From: Octopus vulgaris
Taxonomy: Eukaryota
Length of the DNA: 64,000 nucleotides
NCBI GenBank assembly: GCA_951406725.2
Contig: OX597837.1
Location: forward strand, 17,174,001-17,238,000
Direction: 5' to 3'
Shown here: one piece after another, positions 39,350 to 50,944 of the stretch
Layout: every line of letters begins with the position of its first letter
Numbering within the stretch: the first letter of the stretch is position 1
Position numbers and translations under genes: made by a program
Notes under the pieces: generated by a model
Told to the model about the DNA's origin: nothing
Database searches by the model: none
Seen by the model: only the letters and a program-made list of their open reading frames with translations

Positions 39350-40700
39350 TCCCCCAGAAGCATCGCTGCACTGGTCTCATGAAGCTTCTTTCGGAATTCC
39401 TCGTGAGAAGTTCATGAGGGTGGCCATGTCTCAAGCTTGTTTGTACTGGCACATCTGTAGCGCTGCTTCTAAGTTATATATTATACATGCAGTTTCCTTT
39501 TTTCTCCCCTCCACGTTTATCTTTATATAAATAATACATGAGCATGTCATCAGAAAAGAACCTACACGCACCAAAATGTAGGTAGAAAATATATTAATGG
39601 CTAAGCTCCAGCCTGTTGTTAATTTGGAGCTCTGGTCTCTCTATGAGGATAGTTTCCTTAATTCTTAGATTACCCAAATTTCTTTCATTGGCCTCAATTG
39701 TGACTGTTATGCTTTTGTTGGTGTTCCGGTATCTGTCTAGATGTTTTCTGAAACAGGAGCTCTCATGTTCAGATGTTCTTTGAACATGTAACGGTCTTGT
39801 TGTACTATCCACACAGAACCTGTTGCATTTGTTACATTTCTAAAAACAACATTTACCCGTTGGCATAAGTCTGTGTCATGGGTGGGACAGTTTGCTAGTG
39901 TGCATTGATTGCAGTCTTGCCAGAGTGGGCTAGTTTTATGTCTAGTCCTTCTCATCTTATGGCTCTTTGGATGGCTGTAGTTACCCTCTCGCTAAAATGG
40001 GGTATTTTAAGGAAGCATGGGTTTTCTGTGTGTTCGGTATGTTGGTTGTTTTGGGTACTTAAGCCAATTTATAATGGATATAGGGTACCTGTTGGTTTTT
40101 AACATTTCTAGGAAGCATGTAGTGTGGGTCACCTTGTTCTCTGTCCTGCTGCACTTGCTCTGGATGCATGCAAGTTCATTTCTGGCATATGCTAATTTGG
40201 CACTGAGTGGAAGTGCTGAACTGTACTGGATAAACATATCTCTACTGGCTGCTTTCCTGTGGACCTCTCCTTCTTCCGTTATTTTCAGTTGGAAATCAAG
40301 TAGTGATAGTGATGTCGTCAGGATGTTCTATAGTGAACTTTATGTTTGTGTCCATGTTGAACGTTATGAATATTCTGTCAGCCTCTTCATGATAGGATGT
40401 GAGTATGAGGATGTCATCTATATACCTGGTGACATTCATTGCCAGACAGATCTGAGGATTTGGGGTTATGTGATTCTATATATGGGATTTAGGGTGGGGT
40501 TGGGGTTTGTTAATCAGTGTGGGAGTGAAAGTAGTGAATGGTCAACACAAGATACTTGACTGGGGGCAGAATTGGGAGGTGGTGGGGGTGTTAAAGGAGT
40601 GTTTTGTGAAGCCATTTGAATAGTTGAACTTTGGTCAGAAATCTAATAACCAGATGTTTTTCCAAATTCTTTTAGTAATTTTCTATATTTTAAGTGTGTG
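39350..40700 (-). mobile_element. Penelope-like element (RT end plus GIY-YIG endonuclease), decayed
   Basis: CTLANCP.....C...NVVF, C..C....STTRPLHV..KEH, NLRIKE.ILI....QIN.R.EL; upstream IQYSSALP typical of the PLE RT C-terminus. Confidence 0.8.
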
Positions 40701-40719
40701 CCTGGGATGGTGGTATTAA

Positions 40720-40948
40720 GGCGGCGAGCTGGCAGAAACGTTAGCGCGCCGGGCGAAATGCTTAGCGGTATTTCGTCTGTTGTTACGTTCTGAGTTCAAA
40801 TTCCACTGAGGTCGACTTTGCCTTTCATCCTTTCGGGGTCGATAAATTAAGTACCAGTTACGCACTGGGGTCGATGTAATCGACTTAATACCTATGTCTG
40901 TCCTTGTTTGTCCCCTCTGTTTAGCCCCTTGTGGGTAATAAAGAAATA
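40720..40948 (+). mobile_element. Young solitary tRNA-derived SINE with 8-bp TSD
   Basis: GGTATTAA at 40712-40719 and 40949-40956; CpG-rich head ggcggcgagctggcagaaacgttagc and B-box-like gagttcaaattcc. Confidence 0.9.
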
Positions 40949-41354
40949 GGTATTAATGAGGTGTAAGATACCTATCTTTTGATAAAAATGTTTGTTAACA
41001 GAAGTGTTTTTAATATTTTTTTTGGTTTGGGAGAAGAGGTGGGTGAGATCATGTTAGCCCAAAAAGTATATACACATCTCACTCCCCCTCCCTCTTTCTC
41101 TCTCTATATATATACAAATATATACATACACATATGCATACATACACATATGCATACATACACATATTCATACATACATACATACATATGTATACACATA
41201 CAAATGTACACACACATACATACATATAAATACTATATACATATCTATCCATACATACACATTTATATGCACACCCTCAGTTACACATATATACATATAC
41301 ACACATGCACAGATATATGAATATATACACACACATATATGAATGCGCATCCAT

Positions 41355-42400
41355 ACACATGTATATATAACCCACTCTTGATGAAGGAAAACTACAGGCA
41401 CCAAAAATAATTAACATATTAGCCAAGAAATTAACAAAATAGGAAATCAAACTATTAGAAAATGGACTGATGTTCACACTCATCCCGAAAGCAAATCAAG
41501 CCGATCTTATAAAAGACACAGAAGATTTTTGTTGCAAATTACACCTAGGAGAATTCTTCCAGGGTGTAGAATATGAAGAGGTGTCACTAGCGAAAAACAA
41601 AAAGAGCTTTAAACCACCACTAAATAGTGACAGACACCTGGAAGAATACATAACCTGCCTACAATGATTGGCACTGTCACATATTGCAGAAATGAAGCCC
41701 AAATGCAACATCCCTACAGACTAACTATTTGCACTAAACAAATTACAAAAAGACTCCTCAATAACCATAAAAGAAGCCTGACAAAGGTGGGGCAATTGTC
41801 ATCATGAACAAAAACCACTACAAAGATAGGATCCTGGAACAGTTGAACGACAAAGGAATTTACAGGAAAATCAACAAATGTGAGGAAAAAATTCATTGAT
41901 TGAAGTAGGTAAACTGACGACAAAGAACCAAAATAACCTCACACTATAGGAAATCAGTTACTTAACTAACTTTGAAATGAAAACCTGCAATTTTTATGGA
42001 TTACCGAAAGTTCACAAATCCAAAGAAATCCAAAACAATATAAAAGGCAAAACTTCATATGTTGAAGTACCAAAACCAACATACAGCATTAAAAGTTTTT
42101 AACTCTTATTTCTTGCAATATGGATGCTTCGGCAACCTCAGTCACAATTAGTAGCAATAAAACAATGATCTTATCCCAAGAATGAGATAGAAAGCCTTCT
42201 TTTATGATAATAAACACTAGTCGGATGAAAGCAATAATAAATATAACCTTAGGTCATACAAAAACCCTCCTCACAACCTCCACTTATATAAAAGCTATAC
42301 CCTTCTCATTTTCCCTATTTGTCTCTGATGACGGAATATCCCATACTCTGGGATATTCCAGAGGCAGCTGTAAGACTTTGAATTTTTTAAAATAATAATG
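41355..42400 (+). mobile_element. Penelope-like element 5' region, internally deleted, ending in a hammerhead-like motif
   Basis: LLENGLMFT.IP, D...FC.KL.L.EFF, DKGGAIVIMNK..Y, FYGLPKVHK. Confidence 0.8.
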
Positions 42401-43070
42401 TGTATGACTTGAGATGTTTGCCTTGCCTTAACATTTGTTGTCCTCTTTAACAATTATATATGTATATATATGGAGATATACACACACACACATATGTATA
42501 TACATAGATAAATATACATAGTTGGAATTTACAAAAAAAAACAAAAGATGAAGACTGGTGTGTAAACAACAAACAGGTGTTTAATGCTCGGGAAGGTGAG
42601 AAAGTCTTTTACATTTTGAGTCTACGCTCTTCAACTGAAAGGAACACAAGAAAATAAACAGAGAGAGAATAAAAAAAGAAAGCTTTATTAGCAAGTGGTC
42701 AATCATAGTGATAGCCGGACAGAGGTGGTCAGACAGGAGAGCTAGGAAGAAGGGGAGATAATAAAGTAGTGGTGTTCCCAAAACAACGGTGTGTGTGTGT
42801 GGTTAGGGGCTGGTGACCTTGACGTGTGGGTGTGTGCATGTGTAAGTGTGTGGATGATGGTGTGGGTGCTGAGAAGTGGTCAGTGCTAGTGTGTGTGGGG
42901 TGGTGTGTGATGGTGTGGTGTGGGAGTGTGGAGGATGCAAGGGTGGGTTGGAATGAGGGGTGGGACGGGATGTATAGGGATGGTGGGTTTGGGGTGTGTA
43001 AGGGTAGGGTAACGATAGAGGGGGTGAAGATGAAGGGAGATATACATACATACATATACATATATCTATA

Positions 43071-43635
43071 TACGTGCTTGAGGAGACCTATTGAGTCAAG
43101 TACATCAAAATCAAAATAAGTATTAAATGGAAATTGCAGTTGTGATACCTGTGCTGGCAGGACATAAAAAGCACCATCCGAACGTGGCTGATGCCAGTGC
43201 CGCCTTGACTGGCTTCTGTGGTGGCACATGACCGGCTGTGCTTGAGGAGACCTATTGAGTCAAGTGCATCAACATTGAAATAAATATCAAATGGAAATTG
43301 TAGTTGTGATACCTGTGCCGGTGGCACATAAAAGGCACCATCCGAACTTGGCCGATGTCAGCACCACCTTAACTGGCTTCTGTGCCAGTGGCACATAAAA
43401 AGCACCAACTGATCGTGGGCACTGCCAGCCTCCCCTGGCACCTATGCCAGTGGCACGTAAAAAGCACCCACTACACTCACAGAGTGGTTGGCGTTAGGAA
43501 GGGCATCCAGCTGTAGAAACACTGCCAGATCAGACTGGAGCCTGGTGCAGCCTCCTGGCTTCCCAGACCCTGGTCAAACTGTCCAACCTGTGCTAGCATG
43601 GAAAATGGACGTTAAGCAATGATGATGATGATGAT
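43071..43635 (+). mobile_element. SINE-like repeat with duplicated 5' part and tandem modules
   Basis: gtgcttgaggagacctattgagtcaag occurs twice about 165 bp apart; four aaaa.gcacc modules; (GAT)n tail. Confidence 0.8.
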
Positions 43636-43636
43636 A

Positions 43637-45270
43637 CAGTGGTGGGCACAGCTAACCAAAATATTAACTTCTTTAAACCACTAATCTGATAACTAAAAAT
43701 TAACTTTGCAAATGCTAAACTGTTAAACAGGTAAAAAAATTAGCGGAAGATGATGCTAGCTGATAACTGTTAACTTTTATCATATGAATTTAGCTTCGGT
43801 TTGTTTTTATTTGGTTATGAAACCCTTAAAAACAGACCTAAAAAGCTAAAAGTTTCATGTTGTAGCTTAGACATAGAGCTTTCTAAAAAGGTATAGCATG
43901 CGAAGATTAGATGATGGTCTAGGTGTACGCAAGTAATTAAATGAACAAATAAAATTAAACATAAGTTTTACAGTCAACATACACTTTATTTACTGTACAA
44001 AAAGTATTAAAAGAATCAAAAAACTATAGTATAATATAGGTATCATGCCAAGATTAGATGATGATCAAAGCGTACTACTCTGGTTGGGCCTCGACATGAT
44101 GCTGGTTGCCCTGCATAAATATCAGCCTCTTAAAGATACCATCTGACAGGAGTGGCTGTCTTGGCCCTCAAAATATCTTTGCTTATAAAGTATAGGCACT
44201 CAACTGCAACACTGAATGGGATGGTGGTGTTATACCTAGTGAACAGGTTGATCAAGACCTGCTCACCTGAAAAGGTGACTTCTGTCAGGACCTCCTTCAA
44301 GACAGCCTCCAGCCAGGTCTTCACCAAGTTCTGCACCTTGAACTTCAGTGACCTATGGCTCCTGCTCTCCTGGAACTGAATGATATTGCCGAAGAAATCA
44401 TCTTCCTCATCCTCATTGCTGGTGGTGCTGAGCCCTTCTCATTGGTCTTCATTGTAGCTGTCTCTACAATGGTCTCCATGGTGTTCATTACTCAGCTAAC
44501 TAGGCTGTTATTATACTGCTCCAGCCAGGACAGGGGAAACTTGGGGTGGAAGGCAGTAGCCAGCTGGCACTCCGGGTCTTCTAGGAGGAACCCAAACCTT
44601 TTCATGATGCCTACCAGTATTACGTCTACCAGAGGACTGCAGTACAGGTAATATTTGAACTTGGCCTCCTTCAGCTTCATGACAGTAGCTGCTACAGTTG
44701 GCAGAAGGCTCCTGAGATAGGCCTGGTCCTCCCACTGGATTTTATCCAAGGTGTTGGCAATATTAAACATCACCTGAGTGTACTCCATCAGGAAGCTGAC
44801 ATCAGCTGTGTCATCACCCTGTGCACAGCTCCCCTATTCTTCTCCAGCAGATTGTTAAGGACCACCAACCTCCTTTTCAACGTGTCCAGAATGCTGATTG
44901 CTGCCACCATGCTGTGGCTCTGCAGATTGCACATCCACTGTGACTTAGGCATGGCCTTCCTCTAGGCTGACTTGAATGAAGCACTGTCAAGAGCCTTGTT
45001 GGCATCCATGCTGGCTACCAAGTTCAAGGTATGGGCTGCTCACTTCATGTGAGGTTGAGGCCCAAGCTGCTGAACTTATCAAGGACGGCATCAACAGAGA
45101 TGTACTCAACTTTGTCCACATCCCCAGCCGCAGGATCCACACCCAGCTCTACATCCTCAATGCGCTCCACATCAACATCGGCAGCAGCCCCATGAATGCC
45201 TGGCAAGAGTTCAACTTCTATACCAAACTGCATAAATGTCTTGACTAAGTTTTTGCTGTTGTCCGCCATG
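43637..45270 (-). mobile_element. hAT transposon remnant (3' end with one TIR)
   Basis: Terminus cagtggtgggca; LDKIQ.E.QAYL..LLP, ATAFHPKF, and dimerisation-like LFTRYNTTIP.S.AVE.L. Confidence 0.8.
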
Positions 45271-45298
45271 CCCCCCCCCGCTCTCTCTCTCTCATATA

Positions 45299-47155
45299 TC
45301 TCTTATTATAAAAGGCAGATTTTATCTGCCTCCCTTTGTCTCTTATAGAAATCTACAATATAGGATTTCTTCAATTACAATTTACCTAGCATTTTTAAGA
45401 GTAGAATGCATCGGGTCGTGCCAGGTCCGGTTTTTAAAATTTCAACCCCAATTAAGCAAAATTTAGAGAAAACTCACATTGTGGTGTGTAAGTGAAGTGC
45501 TTTTCTTAGTGGGCTACAGCACACACACAAAAACGGAGCGATCTGCTTCACTCACGCTATCACCCTAATCTCTCCCACTTTCTCTTTGCAAGTGTACCTT
45601 AAACCACTACTAAAAAAAAAAAACACAGCAAACAGAAACAAATAAATACATAACGATTTACTCCTCACACAATTTCTTCAATTAGAGTTTACCTATGATT
45701 TTTCAAAGTACTTCCATTCGGTCATGCCATACAAAATTTCTTTCAATTTCACCCCCAATTAAGACAAAATTCGAGAAAACTCGTATATTTTAACATTTCG
45801 CTCCGAAAGCATTGATGTACATGTGTGCGTGCGTGAGTGTGTGTATGTGTGTGTGTGTGTTTGATGGGATGTGCGACACAGAAAGTGTGGTGTGTAAGTG
45901 AAGTGCTTTTGTTAGTGTGTGTAAAGAGACAGAGAGTACACATACCTACGTACACCTAAAGCATGCACACACACACACAAGCGGAGCGCGAACGTCAAAA
46001 GAAATTCACGCGCTATCTATCTGGTTTGCCATTCCTCACACACACGCATACACATACATATATGACAGTGACAAACACAAACGTTTCAAACAACTACATA
46101 CAAACACGTGTGTGTTTGTTATTAGTAAAAAAGGCGCCAAACACAACTCACTTCTCATTCGAACACATTTGCAAAAACACACCGACGGTCGAATTGCCAT
46201 AACAATACAGAAAAGGTAAATTGGTTTTTAATTTACTTTCTGTCGTTAAATTTTGGTAGTATTAATTGGCGAGTGTACTTCTGTTGTCAATTGTTGACAG
46301 AAAGAAATTGTAAGCTAATAAGGTGTGTGTGTAGGAAGTGAAGGATAAAAATATTGCAAGAAGTGGACAGATGTACATATATACATCCATACATACATGT
46401 GTGTGTGTGTCTATGTATGTGTATTAATGTGTGTGTGTTATCTCTATATAAAGCTGAAGTTGTCTGTGTGCGCCACGTTTGGTAACCTTCAACTAACACT
46501 ATCTCCTCCGAGACCCTGCGGCGCAAGTTGACCAAAATTGAGAGTATGATAGACGGGTTGCTCTTCCTTCCGTAGAACATAAAATTCAAATCGGACCATG
46601 TTAACACCAAAAATTATTTACATCAAAAAGCTGCTTTTTTCTATGAAAATCCCTATTTTTTACGATTTTTTCACTGCTGTGTCGCCACTTTTCGGTGTAT
46701 TTCGACCAGAAAAATGTTCACAAAATTTTTACTTTTCAAAATTACAATTCCAGCGGGTCGAAACAAACCTGAGCAACGCCGGGCGATACTGCTAGTATAT
46801 ATATAAACGGCAAAATGTCTGTGTGTGTGTATCCTTTATACAAATGCACAATTTTTCAGTTAGAGGGCTTGCACTTTCTCTGGTCATTCAAAACCGTCCA
46901 AGGGTGGTCATGCACATCTTTACATTTCCCCCAGTCACCCCGCAAAGCCATTAAAAAATCAATAGAAGTGACTTTTTTGTGAATTTTCTATCCAAAACCC
47001 AATCAAAAATGTCTGAAACTTGATACACCAATTGAACGCCAGCTAGCTGTATGTGATTGGTCAGAGATTTGGACAGTACTCGCGTGTATGTGCGCACACA
47101 GCTGTATATGCATGCACTAGCACTACGACCCGGCGTTGCCAGGTCATAGTGCTAG
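45299..47155 (+). mobile_element. Stack of Helitron-like non-autonomous elements
   Basis: A|TC starts at 45299 and 46441; hairpin plus CTAG|T ends at 46795 and 47155. Confidence 0.8.
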
Positions 47156-47459
47156 TATATATATATATAATGTAGTTGAAATTTACAGAAAAACAAAAGA
47201 CAAAAACGGGTATATGAACAACAAGCAGCTTGATGTTCAAGAAAGTGAGAAAGTCTTCTACGTTTCAAGCCAATGTTTTTCAGCATAAAGGAATAAGAGA
47301 AAATAAACAGAGAGAATAAAAAACTTATGGATTTAGCAATCAAGCATGGCAATTGGTTATATATATTAATGGGACACTGTATATAATTATGCAACCATAA
47401 TATACTACAAAGTATATTAAACTTTTTAGTGTTCTACTGTGTTAGCAGTGCTATTACAT

Positions 47460-47962
47460 CACTTGTTAAGATTATCGCTATGGATTTTCTATAGAAATTA
47501 TAGCCATTGCTGATTTTCTAATAGTGTTTTATATTCGAGATGCCTGATGCAAATAACAATGAGATTGAAGATGAAAAATGGGTTATGGTTATATATATCA
47601 TTTCTCGGGAGTTTTTGCTCCATCATCAGCACCTACTCAACCCAGTAATCATCCACAAACACATTGCTTAGATAGCTGCTAAACATAGTTGTGTAACAGT
47701 TTTGGATATACCAATTTTACATATTTAACACATTCCTAATGACTTGTGGCTATCTAAGCAATGTGTAAATGATTAATGGGTTGGATGGGTGTTGATGAAG
47801 GAGCACAAACTCCTGAAATATGGCATATACATCCATTAACCATTTTTCATCTTTGATCTTATTGTCGTTTACATCAGGCATCTCGGATATGAAACATCAT
47901 AGCATAAATCAATGCTGGCTATAATTTCTATAGAAAACCTGTAGAGATAGCCTTAACAAGTG
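47460..47962. repeat. Long imperfect inverted repeat (arms 47460-47676 and 47749-47962)
   Basis: cacttgttaag/cttaacaagtg, ttttctatagaaattatagcca/tggctataatttctatagaaaa, gagatgcctgatg/catcaggcatctc, cacattgcttagatagc/gctatctaagcaatgtg. Confidence 0.9.
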
Positions 47963-48084
47963 AAATATATATATATATATATATATATATACACTCAAAT
48001 AGATTCACAGGAACATATAAATATGCTAACATACACAGATACATACCTATATACATACATAGGTATACATATATAGAGAGAAAA

Positions 48085-48290
48085 AAGTGAAAGGGGTACA
48101 GTGAACTTGACATGAGGAGTAGAATATCCAACATTTCAGATTCAATCCTTCGTTAGGGAGTAGAGAAAAAGAGACAAAAATCAAACAGTTTACATCCTCT
48201 CTGCATTTTTCTCTACTCCTGATGAAGGATTGAATCTGAAACGTTGGATATTCCACTCCTCTCAGCAATTTCACTGTACCCCTTTCACTT
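48085..48290. repeat. Imperfect inverted repeat with arms of about 85 bp
   Basis: aagtgaaaggggtacagtgaa/ttcactgtacccctttcactt and tttcagattcaatccttc/gaaggattgaatctgaaa. Confidence 0.9.
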
Positions 48291-48591
48291 CTTCCTTTTA
48301 TATTTTTTCAAGTCTTGCCAACACAGAGCTATTAGATTATTGCCTGGGAGATGCCTGTCCCCATCAAAATCCTGAATTCATTTCCTTCATACATTTATGC
48401 TTTCCTCTGTGTGTGTGTGTGTGTGTGTGTGTATAAGGAAAATTGCATTTTGTATTTGAAACTCTGATGAAGTTCTAAAGTGATACACAAACATTCAACT
48501 TTATCGCATCTTATAGCAGAAACAGCTGTAAGCTAATGAAGTTCAGGACATGATTTCTTATTCTTTTGTTCTTCTAATATCTTTATGTATG

Positions 48592-48594
<3 letters not shown>

Positions 48595-48670
<76 letters not shown>
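48595..48670. repeat. (TA)n microsatellite about 20 nt upstream of the exon 8 acceptor
   Basis: Direct reading. Confidence 0.95.
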
Positions 48671-48691
48671 AAATATATGTTTGTGTTTCAG

Positions 48692-48813
48692 TGGATGCCT
48701 ACCAAGCTGAACTAAATATCAGTTGTTATCAAGATCTTGGCTGTGGTAGTTCATGGTATAGTACAGAGCAGCAAAGTTCTATTATTGGTATCAGATCACT
48801 GAAGATTGACAAG
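48692..48813 (+). CDS. TRAPPC9: TRAPPC9 coding exon
   Basis: tgtgtttcag acceptor and AAG|gtacat donor; phase 1 to 0. DAYQAELNISCYQDLGCGSSWYSTEQQSSIIGIRSLKIDK resembles L.V.PFQD..NG..NY........VG......D. Confidence 0.88.
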
Positions 48814-50359
48814 GTACATAACTGTTTTCCTTTTCTTTCCCAAATGTCCAAATTTCTTGCATCAACACTTCAATTAGTTCTGCCTTACTTCATTTTATTG
48901 TTCCTGTTGTCCCTCACTTCTATGAATGTCTCTTTTGCCCACACCTTTATCTGTTACATTTGTTATTCCTCACTTCTATCTATTACGTCTGTTATCCCTT
49001 ACTTCTGTTGTCTCTGTTCCACCTTATCTCTATTGCTTTCTGTTATCTCTATTCTCTTTGATCTTCAATTTTTAACCCTGTCAGCCCTCACTTTATCTGT
49101 TCTATCTCATGTCTATCAATTGATCCTGCTATCTATCTGTTGTCACCTCACCGCTACCTTATCCTTTCCGCTCCACCTCACTTCTTTCTGTTGAATCTAT
49201 TGTTTCTCATCTCTATCTATTGCTCCTGGTAATACTTTACCCAAAACACAGGGAAAAATTGGTGTCACCACAGAAAATTTCATTTCTTCCATCCTGAAGA
49301 CCCCTCAATCATACCAACTTCACACTCCAACACTAAATACTAACATTCACTTACAATTCATTCTCTGAAACTGTCATTGTTCTCCTGGTGCATTGCTTAG
49401 GCATTCAGGTGGATATTTAAAACATTTTCTTTCACTGGTTGATCTGTGGCTCTGGTGAGACACTACCTTCAAAGATTTTAGTTGATCTTTATTTCTTGAA
49501 CCACTAAGTTACAGAACTAAGGAACGCAATACTAGTGTAACGATTAAAAAAAAACATACAAACAATGGACTTTTGTCACATTTTCCCCTAAAGGCATTGG
49601 TAATTCAAGGCTATAGTAGAAGTCCAATGTGATGAACAGTGGAATCAAACTCAGGACCTTGTGGTCACAAAGTTAACTTCTTAACCACACAGCTATATCA
49701 GTAGATATCTATAAATTATTGTTTTAGTTTTCAAAATGAAGTAATCCTATCTAATCACCTCAAGAATGAACTAAAAGAAGTAAAAAGATTTTCTTAGAAT
49801 ATCAATGATGATGATCAGATGTAAAGAATAATGTGAAGAAGTGATGATGATGACCATCATCATCATCCTCTCATGCCAGCATGAACTGGACAAGACTTCT
49901 TCTGGCAATATTCTACAGCTGTTCAAGTAAGATGCATTTATTCTAGGTCTTCACATAGTGATCATTGAGATGATGGATTTTTGCAATCATGTTGGACATA
50001 AATAATGTCAGCATTGTCCAAGTAGTGTCATTGTGAACACACACACACACAACGGCTGCTGTAAAGTTTCATACTACAAGTTGTACTCAAAACCTCGATC
50101 AGTGTGACACTATAGAAGAAGACACTGATCTAAGGTGCCACATGTTGGAATTGAATCTGAAACTACATAGTTGAAAAGTAAACTTCTTAGCAAAACATAC
50201 AAGGACATACCTGTCCCAATGTGAGGATGTTTGAAATTAATTATATCAATTTTAAGATAATTAAATAATATTACTACTTCATTCTCTTCAGATTTATTTC
50301 ATTAGTTTATTTGTTTGCATGTTTGTTTTAATACATTTTTTTTTTGTTTCCGTGTTTAG

Positions 50360-50656
50360 CTGGCCCAAGGTAACAGTATCAGCCATGAGTGCCATCTCTT
50401 ATTTTACCACAGTGGGGTTTACAAATTTGATATCCAATGTGCCTACCAGCGGCAGCCTTCAAAAACAAGCAGAACAACTGCCTCCAAATGTACAACATTG
50501 TCACCAGTGACTAAAATGAAAGACAATAGCTATGGTGGTGATGGCAGCACCAGTCAGGCTGCAGCGGGGGAACCTGTTAACCTTGGACGCACATCTTGGA
50601 AGTGTACTCCTATTGTACTGATTAAGGTTCTCGAGTCAAGAACTCATCATTTGTAA
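50360..50656 (+). CDS. TRAPPC9: TRAPPC9 terminal coding exon with TAA stop
   Basis: gtgtttag acceptor; phase 0; 98 aa, LAQGNSISHECHLLFYHSGVYKFDIQC...SWKCTPIVLIKVLESRTHHL*. Matches the C-terminal LLF.Y.G.F...I and SW.C.P.V.V motifs. Not in the ORF track in this frame. Confidence 0.9.
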   Translation: MAQGNSISHECHLLFYHSGVYKFDIQCAYQRQPSKTSRTTASKCTTLSPVTKMKDNSYGGDGSTSQAAAGEPVNLGRTSWKCTPIVLIKVLESRTHHL

Positions 50657-50883
50657 GACATTGTTGACCGATTGTAAATCATTACTTGGCAACATTTCCA
50701 GTCAACCCAGCAAAAAAGAAAAGCCACTCAGCAGCCCTAAATAATAAAGAAAGTTCCTTGAAAACAAAGTGACTTTTGTGAATGAATAACGCATCTTGTA
50801 CAGGAAGTTCTTCAAGGATTTCAGAGAAATAATTATAGGATTTATAAGCGGTTCATTGTTACAAAAATATTATTTCTGTCGTA

Positions 50884-50920
50884 AATAAATAAATTTTCTA
50901 ATTCTTTGTTGTTTTTTTTT
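50884..50920 (+). terminator. Likely polyadenylation signal of TRAPPC9
   Basis: Overlapping AATAAA hexamers (50884, 50888) followed by a T/GT-rich tract; a further AATAAA lies at 50743. Confidence 0.55.
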
Positions 50921-50944
50921 TATATGCTACACAGTACTATGTGT

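Noticed and set aside
39374-39420. SECIS element (ATGA-N12-AA-N19-GA spacing on +)
   Set aside because: The ATGA segment is Watson-Crick paired instead of forming tandem G.A pairs; it is intronic and antisense to the PLE.
40720-40810. tRNA gene
   Set aside because: A/B-box-like head continues into a SINE body with a TSD; no cloverleaf is evident.
43140-43470. CRISPR-like repeat-spacer array
   Set aside because: Spacers are homologous to one another, the unit belongs to a dispersed repeat, and there are no cas genes.
48550-49194. 214-aa hydrophobic ORF as a membrane protein
   Set aside because: Only 48692-48813 is a real exon; the rest is (TA)n and pyrimidine-rich intron.
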